From assembly GCA_036677065.1 (NCBI GenBank), contig JAKFBS010000002.1, forward strand, positions 1-64,000: a stretch of 64,000 nt of DNA, given 5' to 3'. Shown piece after piece: positions 39,558 to 48,368 of the stretch. The stretch is from Bdellovibrio sp. Lineage in GTDB: Bacteria; Bdellovibrionota; Bdellovibrionia; Bdellovibrionales; Bdellovibrionaceae. The position numbers and the translations under genes were made by a program. The stretch's first letter is position 1. Every line of letters starts with the position of its first letter. The notes below the pieces were generated by a model that was given only the letters and a program-made list of their open reading frames with translations, was not told the origin of the DNA and searched no databases.

Positions 39558-40917
39558 GCGTAATCCTCTTGTTTTAGGTAATAAAACTTTAAAAGATGTA
39601 TCTGATGATATCTGCGCTCCGATTGAACGTATTCCATCAAAAGAATGGATGGGTTTATTTTTAGGAGCTAAAGGTCTTTTCATATTTTACATCCTAACAA
39701 TCGCTATGGTTATCTCGACCGGTATCGGTTTATTAGGGGTGAATCACCCGGTTGCCTGGGGAACGATGATTATCACGTTCGTATTCTGGGTAGGTATCGG
39801 CCATGCGGGAACTCTAATTTCTGCGATTCTATTTTTATTCAGACAAAAATGGAGAACTTCAGTGGCTCGTTCTGCTGAGGCCATGACGGTATTTGCGGTT
39901 GCAACTGCCGGAATATTCCCATTAATTCATACGGGTCGTCCTTGGTTAGATTTCTGGTTATTTCCATACCCGAATCAACGTGGTCCACTATGGGTAAATT
40001 TCCGTTCTCCATTATTATGGGACGTTTTCGCGGTATCTACATACGCGACCGTGTCGTCTGTGTTTTGGATCGTGGGCATGATTCCAGATTTAGCAACTGT
40101 TCGTGACAGAGCTAAAAATGCCATCCGTAAAAAAATCTACGGCGCTTTATCTTTCGGTTGGAGAGGTACGGCAAAACAATGGTCACACTTTGAAATGATT
40201 TACTTAGTGTTAGCCGGTCTTTCGACGCCGCTAGTATTATCAGTACATACAATCGTATCGTTCGACTTCGCGGTTTCACAGCTTCCTGGTTGGCATACGA
40301 CGATCTTTCCTCCGTACTTCGTTGCGGGTGCGATTTTCTCGGGTTTCGCGATGGTTATTACGTTAATGACGTTAGTACGTATCGGTTTTCCAGAATTTAA
40401 AAACTACATCACGATCGATCATATGGAAGTGATGAATAAAATCATCATGATGACTGGTTTGATGGTTGGTTACGCTTACGGAGCCGAGTTCTTAATTGCT
40501 TGGTACTCGGGTAATGATTACGAAAGATACGTATTTATGAATCGGGCAATGGGTCCATACGCATGGTCATACTGGATCATGGTTTCTTGTAACGTATTAG
40601 TTCCGCAGCTTTTCTGGTTTAAAAAAATCCGTCGTTCAATTCCTATTATGTTTGTTGTTTCGATTTTCGTAAACATCGGTATGTGGTTTGAGCGTTTCGT
40701 AATTACGGTAACATCGCTTCACCGCGATTTCTTACCATCAAACTGGGGTCAGTACGCTTGGTCGATTTACGATACAGCGATCTTAGTTGGATCGTTCGGT
40801 ATGTTCTTCACGATTTTCTTATTATATTTACGCGTTTTACCTGCGATTTCGATCGCCGAAGTTAAACCGGTATTGAATGTCGGCAAAGAAGACGAACATC
40901 ATGGGAAAGGACACTAA
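39550..40917 (+). CDS. actC: Alternative complex III subunit C (NrfD family)
   Basis: [38 protein letters not shown] and [18 protein letters not shown] motifs. Confidence 0.95.
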   Translation: MLKRNPLVLGNKTLKDVSDDICAPIERIPSKEWMGLFLGAKGLFIFYILTIAMVISTGIGLLGVNHPVAWGTMIITFVFWVGIGHAGTLISAILFLFRQKWRTSVARSAEAMTVFAVATAGIFPLIHTGRPWLDFWLFPYPNQRGPLWVNFRSPLLWDVFAVSTYATVSSVFWIVGMIPDLATVRDRAKNAIRKKIYGALSFGWRGTAKQWSHFEMIYLVLAGLSTPLVLSVHTIVSFDFAVSQLPGWHTTIFPPYFVAGAIFSGFAMVITLMTLVRIGFPEFKNYITIDHMEVMNKIIMMTGLMVGYAYGAEFLIAWYSGNDYERYVFMNRAMGPYAWSYWIMVSCNVLVPQLFWFKKIRRSIPIMFVVSIFVNIGMWFERFVITVTSLHRDFLPSNWGQYAWSIYDTAILVGSFGMFFTIFLLYLRVLPAISIAEVKPVLNVGKEDEHHGKGH

Positions 40918-40919
40918 TC

Positions 40920-41447
40920 ATGGCTAAGAAAGCTATTGGCGGAATCGCCGGAATTTTTCTTGATGAAGCTACAACAGTCAATGCAGCAACTCGCGTGCGT
41001 GAAGCTGGATTTACAAAGTTTGATGCATTGTCACCATACCCAATCCATGCAATGGAAGCAGCCTGCGGAATTAAACGTTCACCAATCCCTTATGTAACTT
41101 TTGTTGCAGGTTGTGTGGGTTTATTGGCTGCCTTAGCATTAACTTATTATACGTCTGCAGTTGATTGGGCGATTAACGTTGGTGGTAAACCAATGTTTTC
41201 ATTACCAGCGTTTGTGCCAATTATGTTTGAATTAACAGTCTTGTTTGCAGCTTTAAGTTCAGTGGGTGCTTTCTTTTACCTTTGTGGTATACCAAGAATT
41301 GATCCCCCAATTATCGATAAAGATATCACTTGCCACAAGTTTGCGATTTTCATTCCTGAAAATGACGTAGGCTACAGCGCTGATCGCGCTGAAAAACTTT
41401 TAAAAGATTTAGGCGCTGTTGAAATCAAGAAAATGGCGGAGTACTAA
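40920..41447 (+). CDS. actD: Alternative complex III subunit D (DUF3341)
   Basis: SPYPIH, NVGGKP and FELTVLFAA motifs, two TM helices, and operon position. Confidence 0.9.
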   Translation: MAKKAIGGIAGIFLDEATTVNAATRVREAGFTKFDALSPYPIHAMEAACGIKRSPIPYVTFVAGCVGLLAALALTYYTSAVDWAINVGGKPMFSLPAFVPIMFELTVLFAALSSVGAFFYLCGIPRIDPPIIDKDITCHKFAIFIPENDVGYSADRAEKLLKDLGAVEIKKMAEY

Positions 41448-41448
41448 G

Positions 41449-42015
41449 ATGAAAAGCTTAATTAATCTTTCTATGACATTAGTTGCGGCATCTCTTGCGG
41501 CAACAGTATTTTCTGGCTGCGGGCCTTCAGGCAATCAACCTAATGTAGAGCTAATTCAGGATATGATGGAGTCTCCGGCGATTAAAGCGCAAGAGTATGA
41601 CGAAGAATCTCCGAATAAAGCAGGTATGCGCGTTCCGCCGGAAGGCACTCAACCGCAAGGTTTTGTTCCGTATAAATATTCAGATGCAATTGCAGCAGCA
41701 GCTAATCAAAATCCTTTAGTTGGCCAATACTCTGAAGAAGTTTTAAAAACCGGAACTAAGTACTACACAATTCACTGTGCAGTTTGCCACGGTGCAAACG
41801 GTCAAGGCGGCGAACAAGCTTCTGTTGCTGAGACAATGGCTCTTAAGCCACCATCTTTAGTTTCTGATAAAGTTAAAGGTTGGACTGATGGTCAAATGTA
41901 TCACGTGATCACAGCAGGGCAGGGTTTGATGGGTCCTTATGCGGCTCACATTCCACAAAAATACAGATGGCAAGTTGTTAATTACATTCGCCACTTACAG
42001 GGTAAAGGGAACTAA
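41449..42015 (+). CDS. actE: Alternative complex III monoheme cytochrome c lipoprotein (start corrected from 41419)
   Basis: FSGC lipobox, DMMES, PPEGT, CAVCH and G.GLM motifs. Confidence 0.9.
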   Translation: MKSLINLSMTLVAASLAATVFSGCGPSGNQPNVELIQDMMESPAIKAQEYDEESPNKAGMRVPPEGTQPQGFVPYKYSDAIAAAANQNPLVGQYSEEVLKTGTKYYTIHCAVCHGANGQGGEQASVAETMALKPPSLVSDKVKGWTDGQMYHVITAGQGLMGPYAAHIPQKYRWQVVNYIRHLQGKGN

Positions 42016-42017
42016 TC

Positions 42018-43214
42018 ATGGGTTCATCGAATCATTCACATGAATTAAAATTAAGTAAATTCGAAGCGCCGCAACAGTTAAAAACTGCAATTTTTGCAGC
42101 GATGTTTATCGGGTTATTAGGATTAGTTTACGGATTAATGAAGGCGCCAGACCGCTTATGGACTTCTTACTTAGTGGCTTTTTTCTTTTTTGCAAGTTTA
42201 GCCTTAGGTGGAATGTTTTTTACTGCATTTAACCATGCGGCTAAAGCAGGTTGGTCAGCTTCAATTCGTCGTATTGCAGAAAGTTTTTCAAGCTTTTTGC
42301 CAGCGATGTTAGTCGGAAGTTTTATCCTGATTTTAGGTTTTAAATATTTGTATCCATGGGCTGATCCTGCACAAGCGCACAGATTAACAGGTGGCAAAGC
42401 TTTATACTTAGCCCCATGGTTTGTGATTTTGCGCTTAGTGATTTTTGGCGTAGGTTGTTTAATTTTCAAAAAGTTAATGGTTGGAAATTCACTGAAGCAA
42501 GATATCAATGGCGACCACTCGTTAACTCATAAAAACGTAGGAATTTCGATTGGTTTCATCGCTTTCTTCGCTATTTTCTTTACGTTATTTACAATTGATT
42601 TATTGATGTCGTTATTGCCAAGCTGGTATTCAACGATTTTTGGAATCTACTTATTGGGAGCTATGCTGCAATCAACAATGGCAGCCTTAATTCTAATGAT
42701 CATCTGGTTACGTACTTCAAAATGGATGTCTGGTTACATCACAGAAGAGCATCAGCATGATGTGGGTAAGTTTATGAAAGGCTTCACTGTTTTTTGGGCT
42801 TACATCGCATTTTCTCAGTTTATGTTAATTTGGTACGCTAACATTCCAGAAGAGACTGAATTCTACTTAATGCGTTCGCACAGTGGCTGGTTAGGTATTA
42901 CAGTATCTTTATTAATCTTTAGATTTGCTGTGCCTTTCTTAGCTTTATTACCTCGTGATGCTAAACGTAATAACTTTAACGTAGCTACTGTGGCTGTGTT
43001 GGTTTTAGTTATGCAATACGTGGATATTTACTGGTTAGTTTACCCGAATTTCTTCGATGGAGTGCCGCAGTTTGGGTTTCTTGAGATCAGCGTGTTCATT
43101 GGATTTGCTGGTGTATTCATGAAGTTAATGACTGGTTTTATGACTAAGAATAATCTTGTAGCGATTAAAGATCCTCGTATGCATGAGGCGCTTAATCATC
43201 ACGTGACTTACTAA
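42018..43214 (+). CDS. actF: Alternative complex III subunit F
   Basis: Multi-TM protein with WYSTIFG and FWAYIAFSQFMLIWYANIPEE motifs. Confidence 0.92.
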   Translation: MGSSNHSHELKLSKFEAPQQLKTAIFAAMFIGLLGLVYGLMKAPDRLWTSYLVAFFFFASLALGGMFFTAFNHAAKAGWSASIRRIAESFSSFLPAMLVGSFILILGFKYLYPWADPAQAHRLTGGKALYLAPWFVILRLVIFGVGCLIFKKLMVGNSLKQDINGDHSLTHKNVGISIGFIAFFAIFFTLFTIDLLMSLLPSWYSTIFGIYLLGAMLQSTMAALILMIIWLRTSKWMSGYITEEHQHDVGKFMKGFTVFWAYIAFSQFMLIWYANIPEETEFYLMRSHSGWLGITVSLLIFRFAVPFLALLPRDAKRNNFNVATVAVLVLVMQYVDIYWLVYPNFFDGVPQFGFLEISVFIGFAGVFMKLMTGFMTKNNLVAIKDPRMHEALNHHVTY

Positions 43215-43215
43215 A

Positions 43216-43255
43216 AGGTAGGGCACGCAGCCCGCGCCGTCCCTTTTTGGGGAGC
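43216..43255. repeat. GC-rich dispersed intergenic repeat (REP-like), copy 2
   Basis: AGGTAGGGCACGCAGCCCGCGCCGTCCCTTTTTGGGGAGC is 38/40 identical to 9506-9545, in the same orientation. Confidence 0.9.
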
Positions 43256-43262
43256 GCCGCGC

Positions 43263-43300
43263 AAAAACCCACATCTTTTAACTGAGATGTGGGTTTTTTT
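43263..43300 (+). terminator. Intrinsic terminator of the act operon
   Basis: AAAAACCCACATCTT-loop-GAGATGTGGGTTTTTTT. Confidence 0.88.
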
Positions 43301-43318
43301 ATATGCAGACAGTAGAGG

Positions 43319-43447
43319 AGCTTTTGCCTTCTTTTTTTTGCTCTGTAATTCGGTTTACAGTTTTACTAAAGATTAAATTAATTCTTTTGATCTTCTGACT
43401 CAGATTAAATTGTAAACCCAAATGCAGAGCATGAAAAAGCACGAGCT
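43319..43447 (+). ncRNA. Candidate structured RNA (long imperfect hairpin), family unknown
   Basis: 43340-43363 pairs with 43407-43430 (22/24 including G-U). There is an inner stem 43369-77/43386-94 and outer pairing to 43319/43447. All wobbles are G-U on the + strand. Confidence 0.4.
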
Positions 43448-43573
43448 ATTTTTTTCTTTCGATTCAGTTCTCTTTGATGGGATTCGTGGGGTCATTTGAA
43501 GAACGTTTGGAAAAATCAGCCTCAAAACCCTTTAAAATGGCATCTTTACGGTTATTTTGGGGATTTTTGGGGC

Positions 43574-43602
43574 TTGAAAGTGGCCTTCTTTCTTGGCATA
43601 CT
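43574..43602 (+). promoter_or_regulatory. sigma70-type promoter for the thrS leader
   Basis: TTGAAA-17 nt-CATACT with an extended -10 TG. Confidence 0.7.
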
Positions 43603-43609
43603 TTAATCC

Positions 43610-43642
43610 ATGCTATTTATAACTACGACCACCACATTTTAG
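43610..43642 (+). CDS. Thr-rich leader peptide MLFITTTTTF upstream of thrS
   Basis: ATG CTA TTT ATA ACT ACG ACC ACC ACA TTT TAG contains five consecutive Thr codons. It starts 7 nt after the -10 box and ends 82 nt before thrS. Confidence 0.8.
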   Translation: MLFITTTTTF

Positions 43643-43724
43643 TTCTCTTTCGAATGTCTAAAGCTCAATATCTTTCTATTATTAAAATTAAATACTACGC
43701 CATAAAAAATGGAAGCAGCTAAGA

Positions 43725-45707
43725 ATGTCGTCTCAAGAAATTAAAATTATATTACCTGATAACTCTGTTAAAACTTTTGATCATGAACCTACTACTTTAG
43801 AAGTAGCAAACTCAATTGGTGCGCGCTTAGCTAAAGATACTCTTGGTGCTAAGATCAATGGTTCATCTGATGTGATTGATTATCGTCTGCCATTAAAAGA
43901 TGGAACTCGAGTTTCTATTGTTACAACTAAATCTCCTGAAGCTTTAGAAGTTGTTCGTCACTCGGCTGCGCATTTGATGGCTCAGGCTGTTCAAGAAATT
44001 TGGCCTGAAGTTAAAGTGACTATTGGTCCTGTTGTTGAAAACGGGTTTTATTACGACTTTGATTCTCCTTTTAATTTTACTGAAGAGCATTTTGAAAAAA
44101 TTGAAAAAAAAATGGAAGAGATTCAAAAAAAAGATCTTCCACTTGTTCGTGAGAACTGGCCAATCAATAAAGCGATTGAAATGTTTCAATCTATGGGTGA
44201 GCGTTTTAAAGTTGAGTTGATTCAAGACTTAGCTGCAAAGGGTGATGAAACTGTTGTTGGTATTTATCATCAAGGTACTTGGTTTGATCTTTGTCGTGGG
44301 CCTCATGTGCAATCGACTGGTCAGATTAAAGCGTTTAAATTGATGTCTGTTGCCGGAGCTTATTGGAAGGGTGACCAAGCCAACCAAATGCTTCAACGTG
44401 TGTACGCGACTGCATTCCAAGACAAAAAAGAATTAGATGAGTATTTAAAAAATATTGAAGAAGCTAAAAAGCGTGATCACCGTAAATTGGGTAAAGAGCT
44501 TGGAATGTTTACGTTCCATCCTTGGGCTCCGGGTTCTCCGTTTTTTACTGGTCGTGGCACTGTGGTTTATAATGAACTGCAAAAGTACTTACGCGAATTA
44601 TATTTTAAATATGGTTACAACGAAGTTATTACTCCGCAAATTTTTGATGCGGAGTTATTTAAAACTTCAGGGCATTTAGCGAACTATAAAGATAATATGT
44701 TTTTTACTAAAGTGGATGAGCGTGATTTTGGTTCAAAGCCTATGAACTGCCCATCGCACTGTTTATTATTTGCTTCAGATAAATACTCATACCGTGATCT
44801 TCCATATCGTATGGCTGATTTTGGTCGCCTACATAGATATGAAGTATCAGGCGCACTATCTGGTTTAACTCGCGTTCGTACTTTCTGTCAGGATGATGGT
44901 CACATCTTCTGCACTAAAGAACAATTGCAAGGCGAGATTAAAGGTTTCGTGCAAATGTTAAATGAGATCTACCAAAAATTAGGAATGAGTGAGTACAAAG
45001 TTTATCTTTCAACTCGTCCTGAAAAACGTATGGGAACTGAAGAAGACTGGGATAAAGCCGAAGGTGCATTATCACAAGCTTTAGAAAGTTTAAGTATTCC
45101 TTATGAAATTAATCCTGGTGATGGGGCTTTCTACGGTCCAAAACTAGATATCATGTTTGTTGATGCTCTTAAACGCCCTTGGCAATTAGGAACTATCCAA
45201 TGTGATCCGAATCTTCCGCAGAATTTTCATTTGAAATACACTGGTGAAGATAACTCTGAACACACTCCGTTAATGCTCCATCGTGCGGTTTTAGGTTCAT
45301 TAGAGCGCTTTATCGGGGTTTACCTAGAACACACTGCCGGACATTTACCAGTGTGGTTAGCGCCGACTCAGGTAACTATCTTGAATGTGACTGATCGTGT
45401 GAATGAGTTTTGCGATAAAGTGAAAGCTCATCTTCGTGAAAGTTCAATTCGTGTTGAATTTGATAAGCGTAATGAAAAATTGAACTTTAAGATCCGTGAA
45501 GCTCAGCTGATGAAAGTGCCGTACATGATTATTGTCGGTGATAAAGAAGCTGAAGCGGGAACTGTTTCAATTCGTTTAAGTGATGGAACTTTACATAATA
45601 ACATCGCGTGGGAAAAAGCCTGCGAGATGATAATAAATAATAGAAATGATAGACAGCTGAAAGCATCAATAGATGCCCAAGCTACGGCTCAAACTTTAGG
45701 AGGCTAG
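43725..45707 (+). CDS. thrS: Threonine--tRNA ligase
   Basis: TGS domain, RHSAAH, DLCRGPH, RDHRKLG, KPMNCP, AFYGPK, HRAVLGSLERF and an anticodon-binding domain. Confidence 0.98.
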   Translation: MSSQEIKIILPDNSVKTFDHEPTTLEVANSIGARLAKDTLGAKINGSSDVIDYRLPLKDGTRVSIVTTKSPEALEVVRHSAAHLMAQAVQEIWPEVKVTIGPVVENGFYYDFDSPFNFTEEHFEKIEKKMEEIQKKDLPLVRENWPINKAIEMFQSMGERFKVELIQDLAAKGDETVVGIYHQGTWFDLCRGPHVQSTGQIKAFKLMSVAGAYWKGDQANQMLQRVYATAFQDKKELDEYLKNIEEAKKRDHRKLGKELGMFTFHPWAPGSPFFTGRGTVVYNELQKYLRELYFKYGYNEVITPQIFDAELFKTSGHLANYKDNMFFTKVDERDFGSKPMNCPSHCLLFASDKYSYRDLPYRMADFGRLHRYEVSGALSGLTRVRTFCQDDGHIFCTKEQLQGEIKGFVQMLNEIYQKLGMSEYKVYLSTRPEKRMGTEEDWDKAEGALSQALESLSIPYEINPGDGAFYGPKLDIMFVDALKRPWQLGTIQCDPNLPQNFHLKYTGEDNSEHTPLMLHRAVLGSLERFIGVYLEHTAGHLPVWLAPTQVTILNVTDRVNEFCDKVKAHLRESSIRVEFDKRNEKLNFKIREAQLMKVPYMIIVGDKEAEAGTVSIRLSDGTLHNNIAWEKACEMIINNRNDRQLKASIDAQATAQTLGG

Positions 45708-45709
45708 CC

Positions 45710-46447
45710 ATTAATCAGTTTAATAATAATCGTCCAGCAGGTGGTGGCGGAACAGGTAAACCCCCAGGTGGTCCAAAACCAGGTGGATTCAACCGTTTCG
45801 ACAGAGATAAAAAACGTGGAGACAAAGATGGTCTTCGTGTAAATCGCGACATTCGCGCACCACAGATTCGTGTGATCGACGAACTTGGCGAAATGCTGGG
45901 AGTAATGACTGTACCAGAAGGTCTTCGCATTGCTGAAGATCGTGGTTTAGATCTGATCGAGATCGGACCTACAGCTTCGCCTCCAACTTGTAAAATCATG
46001 GACTACGGCAAGTACAAATACGAAAATAAGAAAAAAGCCGCAGCTTCACGCAAAAAACAAGTGATCGTTGTCATTAAAGAAATTCAGGTTCGTCCAAGAA
46101 CTGATGTTCACGATTTCGAAACCAAAATGAAACATGCTCGCAGATTCTTATTAGAAGGCGATAAAGTAAAAGTAAATTTACGTTTCATGGGTCGCGAGAT
46201 GTCACATCAAGAAATGGGTTTAGAAGTCATTAATCGTGCGATTGATTTCGTTAAAGATTTAGCTCTTGTTGAATCTAATCCGAAAACTGAAGGTAAAAAC
46301 ATGTTCACCATGCTTGCACCTGATCCAATGAAGATTAAAGAGTACTTAAAAGCTAACCCGCCTAAGGGTCAAAAAGAAGTTCTTCCTGAATTATCGAAAG
46401 AAGACTTATCGTCTACTTCACACACTGAAGAGCACGACGAAGATTAA
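45710..46447 (+). CDS. infC: Translation initiation factor IF-3 with ATT start (extends the ORF-track start at 45872)
   Basis: GGAGG (45699-703) lies 6 nt before an in-frame ATT at 45710. The open frame encodes the conserved RVNRDIRAPQIRVID. PPTCKIMDYGKYKYE and GDKVKV motifs follow. Confidence 0.93.
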   Translation: MNQFNNNRPAGGGGTGKPPGGPKPGGFNRFDRDKKRGDKDGLRVNRDIRAPQIRVIDELGEMLGVMTVPEGLRIAEDRGLDLIEIGPTASPPTCKIMDYGKYKYENKKKAAASRKKQVIVVIKEIQVRPRTDVHDFETKMKHARRFLLEGDKVKVNLRFMGREMSHQEMGLEVINRAIDFVKDLALVESNPKTEGKNMFTMLAPDPMKIKEYLKANPPKGQKEVLPELSKEDLSSTSHTEEHDED

Positions 46448-46453
46448 GATATT

Positions 46454-46490
46454 AAAAAGGGCTGGTTGAAAAACCGGCCCTTTGTTTTTT
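46454..46490. terminator. Bidirectional intrinsic terminator
   Basis: AAAAAGGGCTGGTT-GAAA-AACCGGCCCTTTGTTTTTT between infC and the convergent gene. Confidence 0.85.
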
Positions 46491-46494
46491 AGTC

Positions 46495-46812
46495 TTAGTT
46501 ATTTACTTCGTATTCTGAATACACGCCAATTAAGTAACTCTTATAACGGCATTTTTCGATATCGATCTGAACTGAGCCAATGCGGTCAACTGGCCCGCTG
46601 GTGCCGCCATCGCCATCTTTTATGATGATGTTTGTTGAACGAATATTTCCCATTAATAACGAATGGCTGATGCCTACTTTTTTAGAGTTGTAAAGTCTGG
46701 CTATTTCTAAAACTTTTTTCTCGACGATAGAATCAGCTACATCGTCGCTGCATTCTGCAAAAGTGATGTTTGTGAATAAAAGAATACCTAACAATGAAAT
46801 TAGAATTTTCAT
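46495..46812 (-). CDS. Small secreted hypothetical protein
   Basis: Signal peptide (…NITFA|EC), GAGG SD and two Cys. Confidence 0.7.
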   Translation of the reverse strand: MKILISLLGILLFTNITFAECSDDVADSIVEKKVLEIARLYNSKKVGISHSLLMGNIRSTNIIIKDGDGGTSGPVDRIGSVQIDIEKCRYKSYLIGVYSEYEVNN

Positions 46813-46872
46813 AAAACCTCGCTGAATTGATACTAAATTGAAATTTAATCATTCAGCAAGGATATAGAGTTG

Positions 46873-47493
46873 TTATTTAATTTTATTCATCTGAAACGGT
46901 ACGCGGTAATTCTGTAAAACAATGCGGTCCACACAATTTATGCCTTCGCATTTTTGCACGATCACATCACAGTTTTGTTTTAGTGTTTGGCCAGCTGTGT
47001 GGTCGATGGCTACTAAAGTTCCAGTTGTAATCATTTGCTCCACTTGTTCGCCCGCAAAAACTTGCTTGGTGCTTCCAAGCGCGCTTGTTGTTGCCTGGTT
47101 AAAAGTTAAAATCATATCTTGCGTGTTTTCGTTGCCGACAGCGCGAATACCTTTGATTGTTTCGGGCATGTGTTCCCAAACCTTTAAATCATCAGACGTG
47201 TAAGAATGATTAATCGTAGTAGCTGGAACTAACTTAGCCGTTAGCAAATCATTGCGACCAGTTTGTAGCCAGTTGGTGCGATCATTAACGTTATTTAAAT
47301 TATTAAAGATACGGCTTTTATCAAAAGTCACAAAACCCATGCGTCCAGCTTCTTGATTTTCGCCCTTGCATTGATATTGAACCGTTACAGAAACTTTAAC
47401 TTGTGATTCTATTTTTTGCAGTTCTTTAAGATAGTCATTTGCAAAAGCTGCTTGAGAGGCCACTAATGAAATTGCGAATATAAGTTTGGTCAT
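46873..47493 (-). CDS. Secreted hypothetical protein
   Basis: Signal peptide (…QAAFA|ND), AGGAG SD and four Cys. Confidence 0.75.
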   Translation of the reverse strand: MTKLIFAISLVASQAAFANDYLKELQKIESQVKVSVTVQYQCKGENQEAGRMGFVTFDKSRIFNNLNNVNDRTNWLQTGRNDLLTAKLVPATTINHSYTSDDLKVWEHMPETIKGIRAVGNENTQDMILTFNQATTSALGSTKQVFAGEQVEQMITTGTLVAIDHTAGQTLKQNCDVIVQKCEGINCVDRIVLQNYRVPFQMNKIK

Positions 47494-47529
47494 AGAAATA
47501 CTCCTGGTTAGTTCACTGAGCTATGTTTT

Positions 47530-47545
47530 TGCAAACGCAGGACCT
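47530..47545 (-). promoter_or_regulatory. Candidate sigma54 promoter
   Basis: Minus-strand AGGTCCTGCGTTTGCA has GG-N10-GC spacing and lies 36 nt upstream of the ATG at 47493. Confidence 0.4.
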
Positions 47546-47630
47546 TGGCCAGAGAGGGTTATTTCGATTTGGAGCATTTAGCCTGTCTAGCGTTTTGATA
47601 GAAGACTCGTTTTCGCGTGTTAACAGCGAC

Positions 47631-48344
47631 CTACTCGGGGCAGATCAGCTTGGCTTCTTCGTCAGTGATTTTAATGTCATTGAATTTTTTAAAATTTTTC
47701 ACTTTATTGATAACGTGATTATATTCTTTAGTGTCATTACCATCGGTGTTTTTGCGCCAGTAGGCTAAGGCTTTATCATTGTTCCAGCCACAATACTGAA
47801 TCAAGTTTATCACAGCCGCATAACCAGAGGCGTGCCAGCCGTTCCAACAGTGACCGTACATCGGCCCTGTAATTTCGCCTTTGATGTGCTTTTGAACTTG
47901 CAGGAGTAAAGCTTTTTCGTTGCCTGATTTGAGAGAAGCTAATTGAAGGTAGTCGAGCTTTTGGTCTTTACCACAAGTAATGATTTTCTCAGATTCGTCA
48001 TAGTTGTCTTTATAAAAGTACATCGCTTCTGAAAAGCCCTGCTTGCAGAGATTTTCTAAACCTTCTTGGGGAAGAGGATTTTGGTTATCGCGTTTTTTAT
48101 TTTTATTAAATTTATTGTTGGCGCCACCGCGGTAATAAATACCGTGAAGAACTGCGCGAAAATTACGGGTGCCGTAAAGGTTATCGTTACCATTGCCTTT
48201 ATTATCAGTTTGTTTTTTATAGACATCATCAAGTGGGTAGAGTTTTTTGTATTTGGCTACTTGATCGGCTAAATTAAAAACCGGCTTAGTGTTGTTCGCC
48301 CAAGCCGGTAGAGAAAGAATCAGTATTAAGAAAAATCGCATCAT
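47631..48344 (-). CDS. Secreted protein with a protein-tyrosine/dual-specificity phosphatase-like fold (P-loop lacks Arg)
   Basis: NFRAVLHGIYYRGG and GPMYGHCWNGWHASG match the PTP/DSP pattern P-h-h-h-HCxxGxxRxG except for R→A. Signal peptide present. Confidence 0.65.
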   Translation of the reverse strand: MMRFFLILILSLPAWANNTKPVFNLADQVAKYKKLYPLDDVYKKQTDNKGNGNDNLYGTRNFRAVLHGIYYRGGANNKFNKNKKRDNQNPLPQEGLENLCKQGFSEAMYFYKDNYDESEKIITCGKDQKLDYLQLASLKSGNEKALLLQVQKHIKGEITGPMYGHCWNGWHASGYAAVINLIQYCGWNNDKALAYWRKNTDGNDTKEYNHVINKVKNFKKFNDIKITDEEAKLICPE

Positions 48345-48368
48345 ATAATGCGATTATATCAGTTTAAA

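Noticed and set aside
9506..43255. Two 40-bp direct repeats as att sites of a 34-kb integrated element, or as CRISPR repeats
   Set aside because: The enclosed DNA is housekeeping (rpmG, waaA, ccsA, act), with no integrase, spacer array or cas genes.
43319..43447. Naming the long hairpin 6S RNA or SRP RNA
   Set aside because: It has no SRP domain IV motif, and the central bubble and length look too small for 6S. Left as unknown pending an Rfam search.
43474..43722. 82-aa ORF upstream of thrS
   Set aside because: It spans the predicted promoter, has no SD or recognisable motif, and overlaps the more convincing Thr5 leader peptide in another frame.
45715..45999. 94-aa minus-strand ORF
   Set aside because: It is the antisense shadow of the ATT-initiated infC N-terminus.
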